64,000 nucleotides of DNA from positions 9,176,001 through 9,240,000 of the forward strand of contig OZ024745.1 of the NCBI GenBank assembly GCA_964016885.1, written 5' to 3'. This document shows positions 47,401-61,338 of this stretch, one piece after another. A program made the position numbers and the translations under genes. Each line of letters begins with the position of its first letter. The stretch's first letter is position 1. The notes beneath the pieces are model-generated. The model was not told the DNA's origin and ran no database searches. It worked only from the letters and a program-made list of their open reading frames with translations. The stretch is from Eledone cirrhosa (lineage: Eukaryota).

Positions 47401-50400
47401 CTGAGCTGGTTACTGTTTAACTATAATTGAAACTGTGACACTACTGAGCTGGTTACTTTGTAACTATAACTATAACTGTGACACTGCTGAGCTGGTTACT
47501 GTGTAACTATAACTAAAACTGTGACACTGCTGAGCTTGTTACTGTGTAACTATAACTAAAACTGTGACACTGCTGAGCTGGTTACTGTGTAACTATAACT
47601 AAAACTGTGACACTGCTGAGCTGGTTACTGTGTAACTATAACTAAAACTGTGACACTGCTGAGCTGGTTACTGTGTAACTATAACTAAAACTGTGACACT
47701 GCTGGGCTGGTTACTGTGTAACTATATCTGAAACAGTGACACTGCTGAGCTGGGTACTGTATAACTATAACTAAAACTGTGACACTGCTGAGCTGGTTAC
47801 TGTGTAACTATAACTGAAACTGTGACACTGCTGAGCTGGTTACTGTATAGCTATAACTGAAACTGTGACGCTGCTGAGCTGGTTACTGTGTAACTATAAC
47901 TGTGACACTGCTGAGCTGGTTACTGTGTAATTATAACTGAAACTGTGACATTGCTGAGCTGGTTACTGTATAACTATAACTAAAACTGTGACACTGCTGA
48001 GCTGGTTACTGTATAGCTATAACTGAAACTGTGACACTGCTGCGCTGGTTACTGTATAGCTATAACTGAAACTGTGACACTGCTGAGCTTGTTACTGTGT
48101 AACTATAACTGAAACTGTGACACTGCTGAGCTAGTTACTGTGTAACTATAACAAACTGTGACACTGCTGAGCTGGTTACTGTGTAACTATAACTGTGACA
48201 CTGCTGAGCTGGTTACTGTATAACTATAACTGTGACACTGCTGAGCCGGTTACTGTATAGCTATAACAAACTGTGACACTGCTGAGCAGGTTACTGTTTA
48301 ACTATAACTGTGACACTGCTGAGCTGGTTACTGTATAGCTATAACTGAAACTGTGACACTGCTGAGCTGGTTACTGTGTAACTATAACTGAAACTGTGAC
48401 ACTGCCTAGCTGGTTACTGTGTAACTATAACTGAAACTGTGACACTGCCGAGCTGGTTACTGTATAGCTATAACTGAAACTGTGACACTGCTGAGCTGGT
48501 TACTGTTTAACTATAACTGTGACACTGCTGAGCTGGTTACTGTATAGCTATAACTGAAACTGTGACACTTATGAGCCGGTTACTGTATAGCTATAACAAA
48601 CTGTGACACTGCTGAGCAGGTTACTGTTTAACTATAACTGTGACACTGCTGAGCTGGTTACTGTATAGCTATACCTGAAACTGTGACACTGCTGAGCTGG
48701 TTACTGTGTAACTATAACTGAAACTGTGACACTGCTGAGCTGGTTACTGTGTAACTATAACTGAAACTGTGACACTGCCGAGCTGGTTACTGTAGCTATA
48801 ACTGAAACTGTGACACTGCTGAGATGGTTACTGTGTAACTATAACTGAAACTGTGACACTGCTGAGCTAGTTACTGTGTAACTATAACTGAAACTGTGAC
48901 GCTGCTGAGCTAGTTACTGTGTAACTATAACTGAAACTGTGACACTGCCGAGCTGGTTACTGTATAACTAAAACTGAAACTGTGACACTGCTGAGCTGGT
49001 TACTGTGTAACTATAACTGAAACTGTGACACTGCTGAGCTGGTTACTGTGTAACTATAACTGAAACTGTGACACTGCTAAGCTGGTTACTGTGTAACTAT
49101 AACTGAAACTGTGACACTGCCGAGCTGGTTACTGTATAACTAAAACTGAAACTGTGACACTGCTGAGCTGGTTACTGTATAACTAAAACAGAAACTGTGA
49201 CACTGCTGAGCTAGTTACTGTGTAACTATAACTGAATCTGTGACACTGCTGAGCTAGTTACTGTGTAACTATAACTGAAACTGTGACACTGCTGAGCTGG
49301 TTACTGTGTAACTACAACTGTGACACTGCTGAGCTGGTTACTGTATAACTATAACAAACTGTGACACTGCTGAGCCAGTTACTGTATAGCTATAACAAAC
49401 TGTGACACTGCTGAGCTGGTTACTGTTTAACTGAAACTGTGACACTGCTGAGCTGGTTACTGTATAGCTATAACTGAAACTGTGACACTGCTGAGCTGGT
49501 TACTGTGTAACTATAACTGAAACTGTGACACTGCTGAGCTGGTTACTGTGTAACTATAACTGAAACTGTGACACTGCCGAGCTGGTTACTGTAGCTATAA
49601 CTGAAACTGTGACACTGCTGAGATGGTTACTGTGTAACTATAACTGAAACTGTGACACTGCTGAGCTAGTTACTGTGTAATTATAACTGAAACTGTGACA
49701 CTGCTGAGCTAGTTACTGTGTAACTATAACTGAAACTGTGACACTGCTGAGCTGGTTACTGTGTAACTATAACTGAAACTGTGACACTGCTCAGCTGGTT
49801 ACTGTGTAACTATAACTGAAACTGTGACACTGCTGAGCTGGTTACTGTATAGCTATAACTGAAACTGTGACGCTGCTGAGCTGGTTACTGTGTAACTATA
49901 ACTGAGACACTGCTGAGCTGGTTACTGTGTAACTATAACTGAAACTGTGACACTGCTGAGCTGGTTACTGTATAACTATAACTAAAACTGTGACACTGCT
50001 GAGCTGGTTACTGTTTAACTATAATTGAAACTGTGACACTACTGAGCTGGTTACTTTGTAACTATAACTATAACTGTGACACTGCTGAGCTGGTTACTGT
50101 GTAACTATAACTAAAACTGTGACACTGCTGAGCTTGTTACTGTGTAACTATAACTAAAACTGTGACACTGCTGAGCTGGTTACTGTGTAACTATAACTAA
50201 AACTGTGACACTGCTGAGCTGGTTACTGTGTAACTATAACTAAAACTGTGACACTGCTGAGCTGGTTACTGTGTAACTATAACTAAAACTGTGACACTGC
50301 TGGGCTGGTTACTGTGTAACTATATCTGAAACTGTGACACTGCTGAGCTGGGTACTGTATAACTATAACTAAAACTGTGACACTGCTGAGCTGGTTACTG

Positions 50401-53400
50401 TGTAACTATAACTGAAACTGTGACACTGCTGAGCTAGTTACTGTGTAACTATAACTGAAACTGTGACACTGCTGAGCTGGTTACTGTATAGCTATAACTG
50501 AAACTGTGACGCTGCTGAGCTGGTTACTGTGTAACTATAACTGTGACACTGCTGAGCTGGTTACTGTGTAATTATAACTGAAACTGTGACATTGCTGAGC
50601 TGGTTACTGTATAACTATAACTAAAACTGTGACACTGCTGAGCTGGTTACTGTATAGCTATAACTGAAACTGTGACACTGCTGCGCTGGTTACTGTATAG
50701 CTATAACTGAAACTGTGACACTGCTGAGCTTGTTACTGTGTAACTATAACTGAAACTGTGACACTGCTGAGCTAGTTACTGTGTAACTATAACAAACTGT
50801 GACACTGCTGAGCTGGTTACTGTGTAACTATAACTGTGACACTGCTGAGCTGGTTACTGTATAACTATAACTGTGACACTGCTGAGCCGGTTACTGTATA
50901 GCTATAACAAACTGTGACACTGCTGAGCTGGTTACTGTTTTATTATTATGACACTGCTGAGCTGGTTACTGTATAGCTATAACTGAAACTGTGACACTGC
51001 TGAGCTGGTTACTGTGTAACTATAACTGAAACTGTGACACTGCCTAGCTGGTTACTGTGTAACTATAACTGAAACTGTGACACTGCCGAGCTGGTTACTG
51101 TATAGCTATAACTGAAACTGTGACACTGCTGAGCTGGTTACTGTTTAACTATAACTGTGACACTGCTGAGCTGGTTACTGTATAACTATAACTAAAACTG
51201 TGACACTGCTGAGCTGGTTACTGTTTAACTATAATTGAAACTGTGACACTACTGAGCTGGTTACTTTGTAACTATAACTATAACTGTGACACTGCTGAGC
51301 TGGTTACTGTGTAACTATAACTAAAACTGTGACACTGCTGAGCTTGTTACTGTGTAACTATAACTAAAACTGTGACACTGCTGAGCTGGTTACTGTGTAA
51401 CTATAACTAAAACTGTGACACTGCTGAGCTGGTTACTGTGTAACTATAACTAAAACTGTGACACTGCTGAGCTGGTTACTGTGTAACTATAACTAAAACT
51501 GTGACACTGCTGGGCTGGTTACTGTGTAACTATATCTGAAACAGTGACACTGCTGAGCTGGGTACTGTATAACTATAACTAAAACTGTGACACTGCTGAG
51601 CTGGTTACTGTGTAACTATAACTGAAACTGTGACACTGCTGAGCTGGTTACTGTATAGCTATAACTGAAACTGTGACGCTGCTGAGCTGGTTACTGTGTA
51701 ACTATAACTGTGACACTGCTGAGCTGGTTACTGTGTAATTATAACTGAAACTGTGACATTGCTGAGCTGGTTACTGTATAACTATAACTAAAACTGTGAC
51801 ACTGCTGAGCTGGTTACTGTATAGCTATAACTGAAACTGTGACACTGCTGCGCTGGTTACTGTATAGCTATAACTGAAACTGTGACACTGCTGAGCTTGT
51901 TACTGTGTAACTATAACTGAAACTGTGACACTGCTGAGCTAGTTACTGTGTAACTATAACAAACTGTGACACTGCTGAGCTGGTTACTGTGTAACTATAA
52001 CTGTGACACTGCTGAGCTGGTTACTGTATAACTATAACTGTGACACTGCTGAGCCGGTTACTGTATAGCTATAACAAACTGTGACACTGCTGAGCAGGTT
52101 ACTGTTTAACTATAACTGTGACACTGCTGAGCTGGTTACTGTATAGCTATAACTGAAACTGTGACACTGCTCAGCTGGTTACTGTGTAACTATAACTGAA
52201 ACTGTGACACTGCCTAGCTGGTTACTGTGTAACTATAACTGAAACTGTGACACTGCCGAGCTGGTTACTGTATAGCTATAACTGAAACTGTGACACTGCT
52301 GAGCTGGTTACTGTTTAACTATAACTGTGACACTGCTGAGCTGGTTACTGTATAGCTATAACTGAAACTGTGACACTTATGAGCTGGTTACCGTATAGCT
52401 ATACCTGAAACTGTGACACTGCTGAGCTGGTTACTGTGTAACTATAACTGAAACTGTGACACTGCTGAGCTGGTTACTGTGTAACTATAACTGAAACTGT
52501 GACACTGCCGAGCTGGTTACTGTAGCTATAACTGAAACTGTGACACTGCTGAGATGGTTACTGTGTAACTATAACTGAAACTGTGACACTGCTGAGCTAG
52601 TTACTGTGTAACTATAACTGAAACTGTGACGCTGCTGAGCTAGTTACTGTGTAACTATAACTGAAACTGTGACACTGCCGAGCTGGTTACTGTATAACTA
52701 AAACTGAAACTGTGACACTGCTGAGCTGGTTACTGTGTAACTATAACTGAAACTGTGACACTGCTGAGCTGGTTACTGTGTAACTATAACTGAAACTGTG
52801 ACACTGCTAAGCTGGTTACTGTGTAACTATAACTGAAACTGTGACACTGCCGAGCTGGTTACTGTATAACTAAAACTGAAACTGTGACACTGCTGAGCTG
52901 GTTACTGTATAACTAAAACAGAAACTGTGACACTGCTGAGCTAGTTACTGTGTAACTATAACTGAATCTGTGACACTGCTGAGCTAGTTACTGTGTAACT
53001 ATAACTGAAACTGTGACACTGCTGAGCTGGTTACTGTGTAACTACAACTGTGACACTGCTGAGCTGGTTACTGTATAACTATAACAAACTGTGACACTGC
53101 TGAGCCAGTTACTGTATAGCTATAACAAACTGTGACACTGCTGAGCTGGTTACTGTTTAACTGAAACTGTGACACTGCTGAGCTGGTTACTGTATAGCTA
53201 TAACTGAAACTGTGACACTGCTGAGCTGGTTACTGTGTAACTATAACTGAAACTGTGACACTGCTGAGCTGGTTACTGTGTAACTATAACTGAAACTGTG
53301 ACACTGCCGAGCTGGTTACTGTAGCTATAACTGAAACTGTGACACTGCTGAGATGGTTACTGTGTAACTATAACTGAAACTGTGACACTGCTGAGCTAGT

Positions 53401-56400
53401 TACTGTGTAATTATAACTGAAACTGTGACACTGCTGAGCTAGTTACTGTGTAACTATAACTGAAACTGTGACACTGCTGAGCTGGTTACTGTGTAACTAT
53501 AACTGAAACTGTGACACTGCTCAGCTGGTTACTGTGTAACTATAACTGAAACTGTGACACTGCTGAGCTGGTTACTGTATAGCTATAACTGAAACTGTGA
53601 CGCTGCTGAGCTGGTTACTGTGTAACTATAACTGAGACACTGCTGAGCTGGTTACTGTGTAACTATAACTGAAACTGTGACACTGCTGAGCTGGTTACTG
53701 TATAACTATAACTAAAACTGTGACACTGCTGAGCTGGTTACTGTTTAACTATAATTGAAACTGTGACACTACTGAGCTGGTTACTTTGTAACTATAACTA
53801 TAACTGTGACACTGCTGAGCTGGTTACTGTGTAACTATAACTAAAACTGTGACACTGCTGAGCTTGTTACTGTGTAACTATAACTAAAACTGTGACACTG
53901 CTGAGCTGGTTACTGTGTAACTATAACTAAAACTGTGACACTGCTGAGCTGGTTACTGTGTAACTATAACTAAAACTGTGACACTGCTGAGCTGGTTACT
54001 GTGTAACTATAACTAAAACTGTGACACTGCTGGGCTGGTTACTGTGTAACTATATCTGAAACTGTGACACTGCTGAGCTGGGTACTGTATAACTATAACT
54101 AAAACTGTGACACTGCTGAGCTGGTTACTGTGTAACTATAACTGAAACTGTGACACTGCTGAGCTAGTTACTGTGTAACTATAACTGAAACTGTGACACT
54201 GCTGAGCTGGTTACTGTATAGCTATAACTGAAACTGTGACGCTGCTGAGCTGGTTACTGTGTAACTATAACTGTGACACTGCTGAGCTGGTTACTGTGTA
54301 ATTATAACTGAAACTGTGACATTGCTGAGCTGGTTACTGTATAACTATAACTAAAACTGTGACACTGCTGAGCTGGTTACTGTATAGCTATAACTGAAAC
54401 TGTGACACTGCTGCGCTGGTTACTGTATAGCTATAACTGAAACTGTGACACTGCTGAGCTTGTTACTGTGTAACTATAACTGAAACTGTGACACTGCTGA
54501 GCTAGTTACTGTGTAACTATAACAAACTGTGACACTGCTGAGCTGGTTACTGTGTAACTATAACTGTGACACTGCTGAGCTGGTTACTGTATAACTATAA
54601 CTGTGACACTGCTGAGCCGGTTACTGTATAGCTATAACAAACTGTGACACTGCTGAGCCGGTTACTGTATAGCTATAACAAACTGTGACACTGCTGAGCT
54701 GGTTACTGTTTTATTATTATGACACTGCTGAGCTGGTTACTGTATAGCTATAACTGAAACTGTGACACTGCTGAGCTGGTTACTGTGTAACTATAACTGA
54801 AACTGTGACACTGCCTAGCTGGTTACTGTGTAACTATAACTGAAACTGTGACACTGCCGAGCTGGTTACTGTATAGCTATAACTGAAACTGTGACACTGC
54901 TGAGCTGGTTACTGTTTAACTATAACTGTGACACTGCTGAGCTGGTTACTGTATAGCTATAACTGAAACTGTGACACTTATGAGCTGGTTACCGTATAGC
55001 TATACCTGAAACTGTGACACTGCTGAGCTGGTTACTGTGTAACTATAACTGAAACTGTGACACTGCTGAGCTGGTTACTGTGTAACTATAACTGAAACTG
55101 TGACACTGCCGAGCTGGTTACTGTAGCTATAACTGAAACTGTGACACTGCTGAGATGGTTACTGTGTAACTATAACTGAAACTGTGACACTGCTGAGCTA
55201 GTTACTGTGTAACTATAACTGAAACTGTGACGCTGCTGAGCTAGTTACTGTGTAACTATAACTGAAACTGTGACACTGCTGAGCTGGTTACTGTATAACT
55301 AAAACTGAAACTGTGACACTGCTGAGCTGGTTACTGTGTAACTATAACTGAAACTGTGACACTGCTGAGCTGGTTACTGTGTAACTATAACTGAAACTGT
55401 GACACTGCCGAGCTGGTTACTGTATAACTAAAACTGAAACTGTGACACTGCTGAGCTGGTTACTGTATAACTAAAACAGAAACTGTGACACTGCTGAGCT
55501 AGTTACTGTGTAACTATAACTGTATCTGTGACACTGCTGAGCTAGTTACTGTGTAACTATAACTGAAACTGTGACACTGCTGAGCTGGTTACTGTGTAAC
55601 TACAACTGACACTGCTGAGCTGGTTACTGTATAACTATAACAAACTGTGACACTGCTGAGCCAGTTACTGTATAGCTATAACAAACTGTGACACTGCTGA
55701 GCTGGTTACTGTTTAACTGAAACTGTGACACTGCTGAGCTGGTTACTGTATAGCTATAACTGAAACTGTGACACTGCTGAGCTGGTTACTGTGTAACTAT
55801 AACTGAAACTGTGACACTGCTGAGCTGGTTACTGTGTAACTATAACTGAAACTGTGACACTGCCGAGCTGGTTACTGTAGCTATAACTGAAACTGTGACA
55901 CTGCTGAGATGGTTACTGTGTAACTATAACTGAAACTGTGACACTGCTGAGCTAGTTACTGTGTAATTATAACTGAAACTGTGACACTGCTGAGCTAGTT
56001 ACTGTGTAACTATAACTGAAACTGTGACACTGCTGAGCTGGTTACTGTGTAACTATAACTGAAACTGTGACACTGCTCAGCTGGTTACTGTGTAACTATA
56101 ACTGAAACTGTGACACTGCTGAGCTGGTTACTGTATAGCTATAACTGAAACTGTGACGCTGCTGAGCTGGTTACTGTGTAACTATAACTGAGACACTGCT
56201 GAGCTGGTTACTGTGTAACTATAACTGAAACTGTGACACTGCTGAGCTGGTTACTGTATAACTATAACTAAAACTGTGACACTGCTGAGCTGGTTACTGT
56301 TTAACTATAATTGAAACTGTGACACTACTGAGCTGGTTACTTTGTAACTATAACTATAACTGTGACACTGCTGAGCTGGTTACTGTGTAACTATAACTAA

Positions 56401-58075
56401 AACTGTGACACTGCTGAGCTTGTTACTGTGTAACTATAACTAAAACTGTGACACTGCTGAGCTGGTTACTGTGTAACTATAACTAAAACTGTGACACTGC
56501 TGAGCTGGTTACTGTGTAACTATAACTAAAACCGTGACACTGCTGAGCTGGTTACTGTGTAACTATAACTAAAACTGTGACACTGCTGGGCTGGTTACTG
56601 TGTAACTATATCTGAAACTGTGACACTGCTGAGCTGGGTACTGTATAACTATAACTAAAACTGTGACACTGCTGAGCTGGTTACTGTGTAACTATAACTG
56701 AAACTGTGACACTGCTGAGCTAGTTACTGTGTAACTATAACTGAAACTGTGACACTGCTGAGCTGGTTACTGTATAGCTATAACTGAAACTGTGACGCTG
56801 CTGAGCTGGTTACTGTGTAACTATAACTGTGACACTGCTGAGCTGGTTACTGTGTAATTATAACTGAAACTGTGACATTGCTGAGCTGGTTACTGTATAA
56901 CTATAACTAAAACTGTGACACTGCTGAGCTGGTTACTGTATAGCTATAACTGAAACTGTGACACTGCTGCGCTGGTTACTGTATAGCTATAACTGAAACT
57001 GTGACACTGCTGAGCTTGTTACTGTGTAACTATAACTGAAACTGTGACACTGCTGAGCTAGTTACTGTGTAACTATAACAAACTGTGACACTGCTGAGCT
57101 GGTTACTGTGTAACTATAACTGTGACACTGCTGAGCTGGTTACTGTATAACTATAACTGTGACACTGCTGAGCCGGTTACTGTATAGCTATAACAAACTG
57201 TGACACTGCTGAGCTGGTTACTGTTTAACTATAACTGTGACACTGCTGAGCTGGTTACTGTATAGCTATAACTGAAACTGTGACACTGCTGAGCTGGTTA
57301 CTGTGTAACTATAACTGAAACTGTGACACTGTCTAGCTGGTTACTGTGTAACTATAACTGAAACTGTGACACTGCCGAGCTGGTTACTGTATAGCTATAA
57401 CTGAAACTGTGACACTGCTGAGATTGTTACTGTGTAACTATAACTGAAACTGTGACACTGCTGAGCTAGTTACTGTGTAACTATAACTGAAACTGTGACA
57501 CTGCTGAGCTAGTTACTGTGTAACTATAACTGAAACTGTGACACTGCTGAGCTGGTTACTGTATAACTAAAACTGAAACTGTGACACTGCTGAGCTGGTT
57601 ACTGTGTACCTATAACAAACTGTGACACTGCTGAGCTGGTTACTGTGTAACTATAACTGAAACTGTGACACTGCCGAGCTGGTTACTGTATAACTAAAAC
57701 TGAAACTGTGACACTGCTGAGCTGGTTACTGTATAACTAAAACAGAAACTGTGACACTGCTGAGCTAGTTACTGTGTAACTATAACTGAAACTGTGACAC
57801 TGCTGAGCTAGTTACTGTGTCACTATAACTGAAACTGTGACACTGCTGAGCTGGTTACTGTATAGCTATAACTGAAACTGTGACACTGCTGAGCTGGTTA
57901 CTGTGTAACTATAACTGAAACTGTGACACTGCTCAGCTGGTTACTGTGTAACTATAACTGAAACTGTGACACTGCTGAGCTTGTTACTGTATAGCTATAA
58001 CTGAAACTGTGACACTGCTGAGCTGGTTACTGTGTAACTATAACAAACTGTGACACTGCTGCGCTGGTTACTGTA
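41419..58075. repeat. ~16.6 kb satellite array of a 43-bp monomer (~390-400 copies) with higher-order structure
   Basis: ACTGAAACTGTGACACTGCTGAGCTGGTTACTGTGTAACTATA, with 37- and 41-bp deletion variants and recurrent point variants. Confidence 0.98.
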
Positions 58076-58558
58076 ATGGCTTGCTCTTTTACTTTTACCT
58101 GTTCCAGCCATTCGGCTGAGGCCATGCTGGGGCTCTGCCCTTGCTGTATAACTATAACTGAAATGGTGTCACTATTAAACTGGTTGCTGTTGGTAAATGG
58201 TGGTTTCAGAACTGCTGGTGAAAATCAATTTATTGGCTGTTGGAAAAACCTGTCTGTCACTGTTATACTTAAACTGCCTAGCTAGTCTGCAGCCATTGCT
58301 GACACTACTACTATGCCTAATGACTATATATCTTATTAATGGGACCTGGTGCTATCTGGTGATTAGTTGTCAAAAATGGCTAATGTAGAGCTGTTGCTGA
58401 TTTTTCTGCTGGTGTTATCAACTCCTATCACCAAATACATATTTCGATTATTTTATTTAACAGCTGAAATATTCGCTACAAAGCTATTGATTATTTATAA
58501 CTGAATGTCTTTCCTACCAGAGAACAGATTTAATTCCTTATTTATTTGTATTGTTTAA

Positions 58559-58779
58559 CCCTTTAGCATTAACATTACTCTATATATACTATTGTATTTT
58601 CATAGTAAAGGCTTTACCTTACATAATTATCTCTCATAATATTGAATCTACAAGATTTTAATATTATTTATTTTGTGAACAATACCTTAATGTCGATATG
58701 AGTGGCCAGTTATGGCCGATTTGGACAGAAAGAGGTGAGAGAATTCTGGCCAGATATGGCCGGTTTAAATGCTAAAGGG
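58559..58779. mobile_element. piggyBac-type MITE, 221 bp
   Basis: TTAA|CCCTTTAGCATT ... AATGCTAAAGGG|TTAA: perfect 12-bp TIRs with CCC/GGG ends and a TTAA TSD. Confidence 0.85.
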
Positions 58780-59610
58780 TTAAAGACAGCATTTAACTGA
58801 AGTAGGATTAGAACATATGACCATGTGGTCAAAAGTCCAATAATTTAACTTGTCATCTGTAACACTTTTAAACGAAATATAATGAATAATTTGTTAATTT
58901 ATCAGAATTAGCAACATTTTAACCTGAATAAATGAAACAGAAAAAATTATATGACTAATAATTTCAATTTTAACAATTGAAAATGAAGATAAAGTTATGA
59001 GTTTAAAACTATTTTTATATATCTAATCTTTGATACCAATAAAATGAAAACTAACAATTTTAATTGATATTTGACATTACATAACATAATTTTGGTGTTT
59101 CATAGTATTGATCTTCAACATATATAAATAAATTTTAGATTTGTTATAAAGAAATAGAAAAATCTAACATCAAAATCAATAACAAAGTTTGGGCAAATTA
59201 AAATAAATTTCTAAGTATGAACCAACATGAAATAAAGTGTTTTGCTCAAGAACACATCTCAGCACCATGTCCAGGAATCAAACCGACGACATTATAATTG
59301 TAAGTCCAACATCCTAACCATTAGGCCATGTGGCTTCATATATTAGGTATGAATAGTTTTGAGACTGCATGTACATAAAAGTGATTAAATACAAGAAACT
59401 ACTAAACTACAGCCATCACCTGCAATTGAGTATGACTTGATAGTAAGTACCATGCTTTTGATAAGCATTTTAAGTGTCCAGCTAGTCATGAGCAAACACC
59501 TCCAACCCTTCCCCCTTTGTTCCAGTGGTACATCCAGTACATTTCAGTTTGAGGAAGAGAGGGCTACACCAGGACAGGTTTAGTAAATACCTTGACATCA
59601 AAAGGAGTTC

Positions 59611-60685
59611 ATATAACAACACATTCTAACAACTGTCAACTGACAGCCTTCACTACAATATAACAACCCATTCTAACAACTCTGTCAACTGACAGCCTTC
59701 ACTACAATATAACAACCCATTCTAATAACTCTGTCAACTGACAGCCTTCACTACAATATAACAACACATTCTAACAACTCTGTCAACTGACAGCCTTCAC
59801 TACAATATAACAACACATTCTAACAACTCTGTCAACTGACAGCCTTCACTACAATATAACAACACATTCTAACTCTGTCAACTGACAGCCCTCACTACAA
59901 TATAACAACACATTCTAACAACTCTGTCAACTGACAGCCCTCACTACAATATAACAACATATTCTAACAACTCTGTCAACTGACAGCCCTCACTACAATA
60001 TAACAACACATTCTAACAATTATGTCAACTGACAGCCTTCACTACAATATAACAACCCATTCTAACAACTCTGTCAACTGACAGCCTTCACTACAATATA
60101 ACAACACATTCTAACAACTCTGTCAACTGACAGCCTTCACTACAATATAACAACCCATTCTAACAACTCTGTCAACTGACAGCCCTCACTACAATATAAC
60201 AACATATTCTAACAACTCTGTCAACTGACAGCCCTCACTACAATATAACAACACATTCTAACAATTATGTCAACTGACAGCCTTCACTACAATATAACAA
60301 CACATTCTAACAACTCTGTCAACTGACAGCCCTCACTACAATATAACAACACATTCTAACAACTCTGTCAACTGACAGGCCTCACTACAATATAACAACA
60401 TATTCTAACAACTCTGTCAACTGACAGCCCTCACTACAATATAACAACACATTCTAACAATTATGTCAACTGACAGCCCTCACTACAATATAACAAACAA
60501 CACATTCTAACAACTCTGTCAACTGACAGCCCTCACTACAATATAACAACACATTCTAACTCTGTCAACTGACAGCCTTCACTACAATATAACAACACAT
60601 TCTAACAACTCTGTCAACTGACAGCCTTCACTACAATATAACAACACATTCTAACAACTCTGTCAACTGACAGCCTTCACTACAA
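59611..60685. repeat. 49-bp minisatellite, ~22 copies
   Basis: ATATAACAACACATTCTAACAACTCTGTCAACTGACAGCCTTCACTACA repeated. Confidence 0.96.
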
Positions 60686-61338
60686 GCCTTTTTAGTAGCA
60701 AACATTATCCAATTGACAACACGCTGTTATTCTTTGTTTTCAATAATACAACAAAAAAATTAACAGCATTGTAATCAATTAATAATCTTATGCTCAATTT
60801 ATTGGCATTTATTTTAGAATTAGAAAAAGTCACAATGTCACTGAAGCTATCATCGGTAGCCGTGCAACCAATTTCAAGCTTGGTCGTTGCTATCATCATC
60901 ATCATTTAACGTTTATTTTCCAATCTAGCACGTTGTGAGACATATCAGATCAGGTGACCGTGTCTTGCTCATAGAAAACTGCTTCTGGCTACTCAACAGT
61001 ATTCTCACATGCAATTAAAACGATTTAATTTCCGTTATCTTGTTGCTACATACAAATCTGTAATTCCAGTTTTCTACGTTTTATCTTTAGTGGCTAACCT
61101 TCCAATGGGTCTATATTTACCTCTCTTTTCTCCTCATTATAGTTTATGGCTTTCAGAAGCTCGGATGGTCCGGCATGGAGATCCAACAGCCAAATCATTT
61201 GGAGACTGTTGCTTTTGAAAGCATGTCTGAGGATTTTACCCTCACAAAAAAAGTGTGAGGCTGAGAAGGCGGTATAACACTGAGCTCAGACGCATAGAAC
61301 AAAAGAAAAGTGTATAGAAACAACCGCCACACTCTTAC

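Noticed and set aside
41419-58075. CRISPR-like array (palindromic ~40-bp repeats)
   Set aside because: Monomers are contiguous with no unique spacers, there are no cas genes, and the context is eukaryotic. The same applies to the 45- and 49-bp arrays.
60705-60905. 66-aa ORF starting MMMM
   Set aside because: The start comes from a (CAT)n retroelement tail, and no homology or splice context is recognisable.
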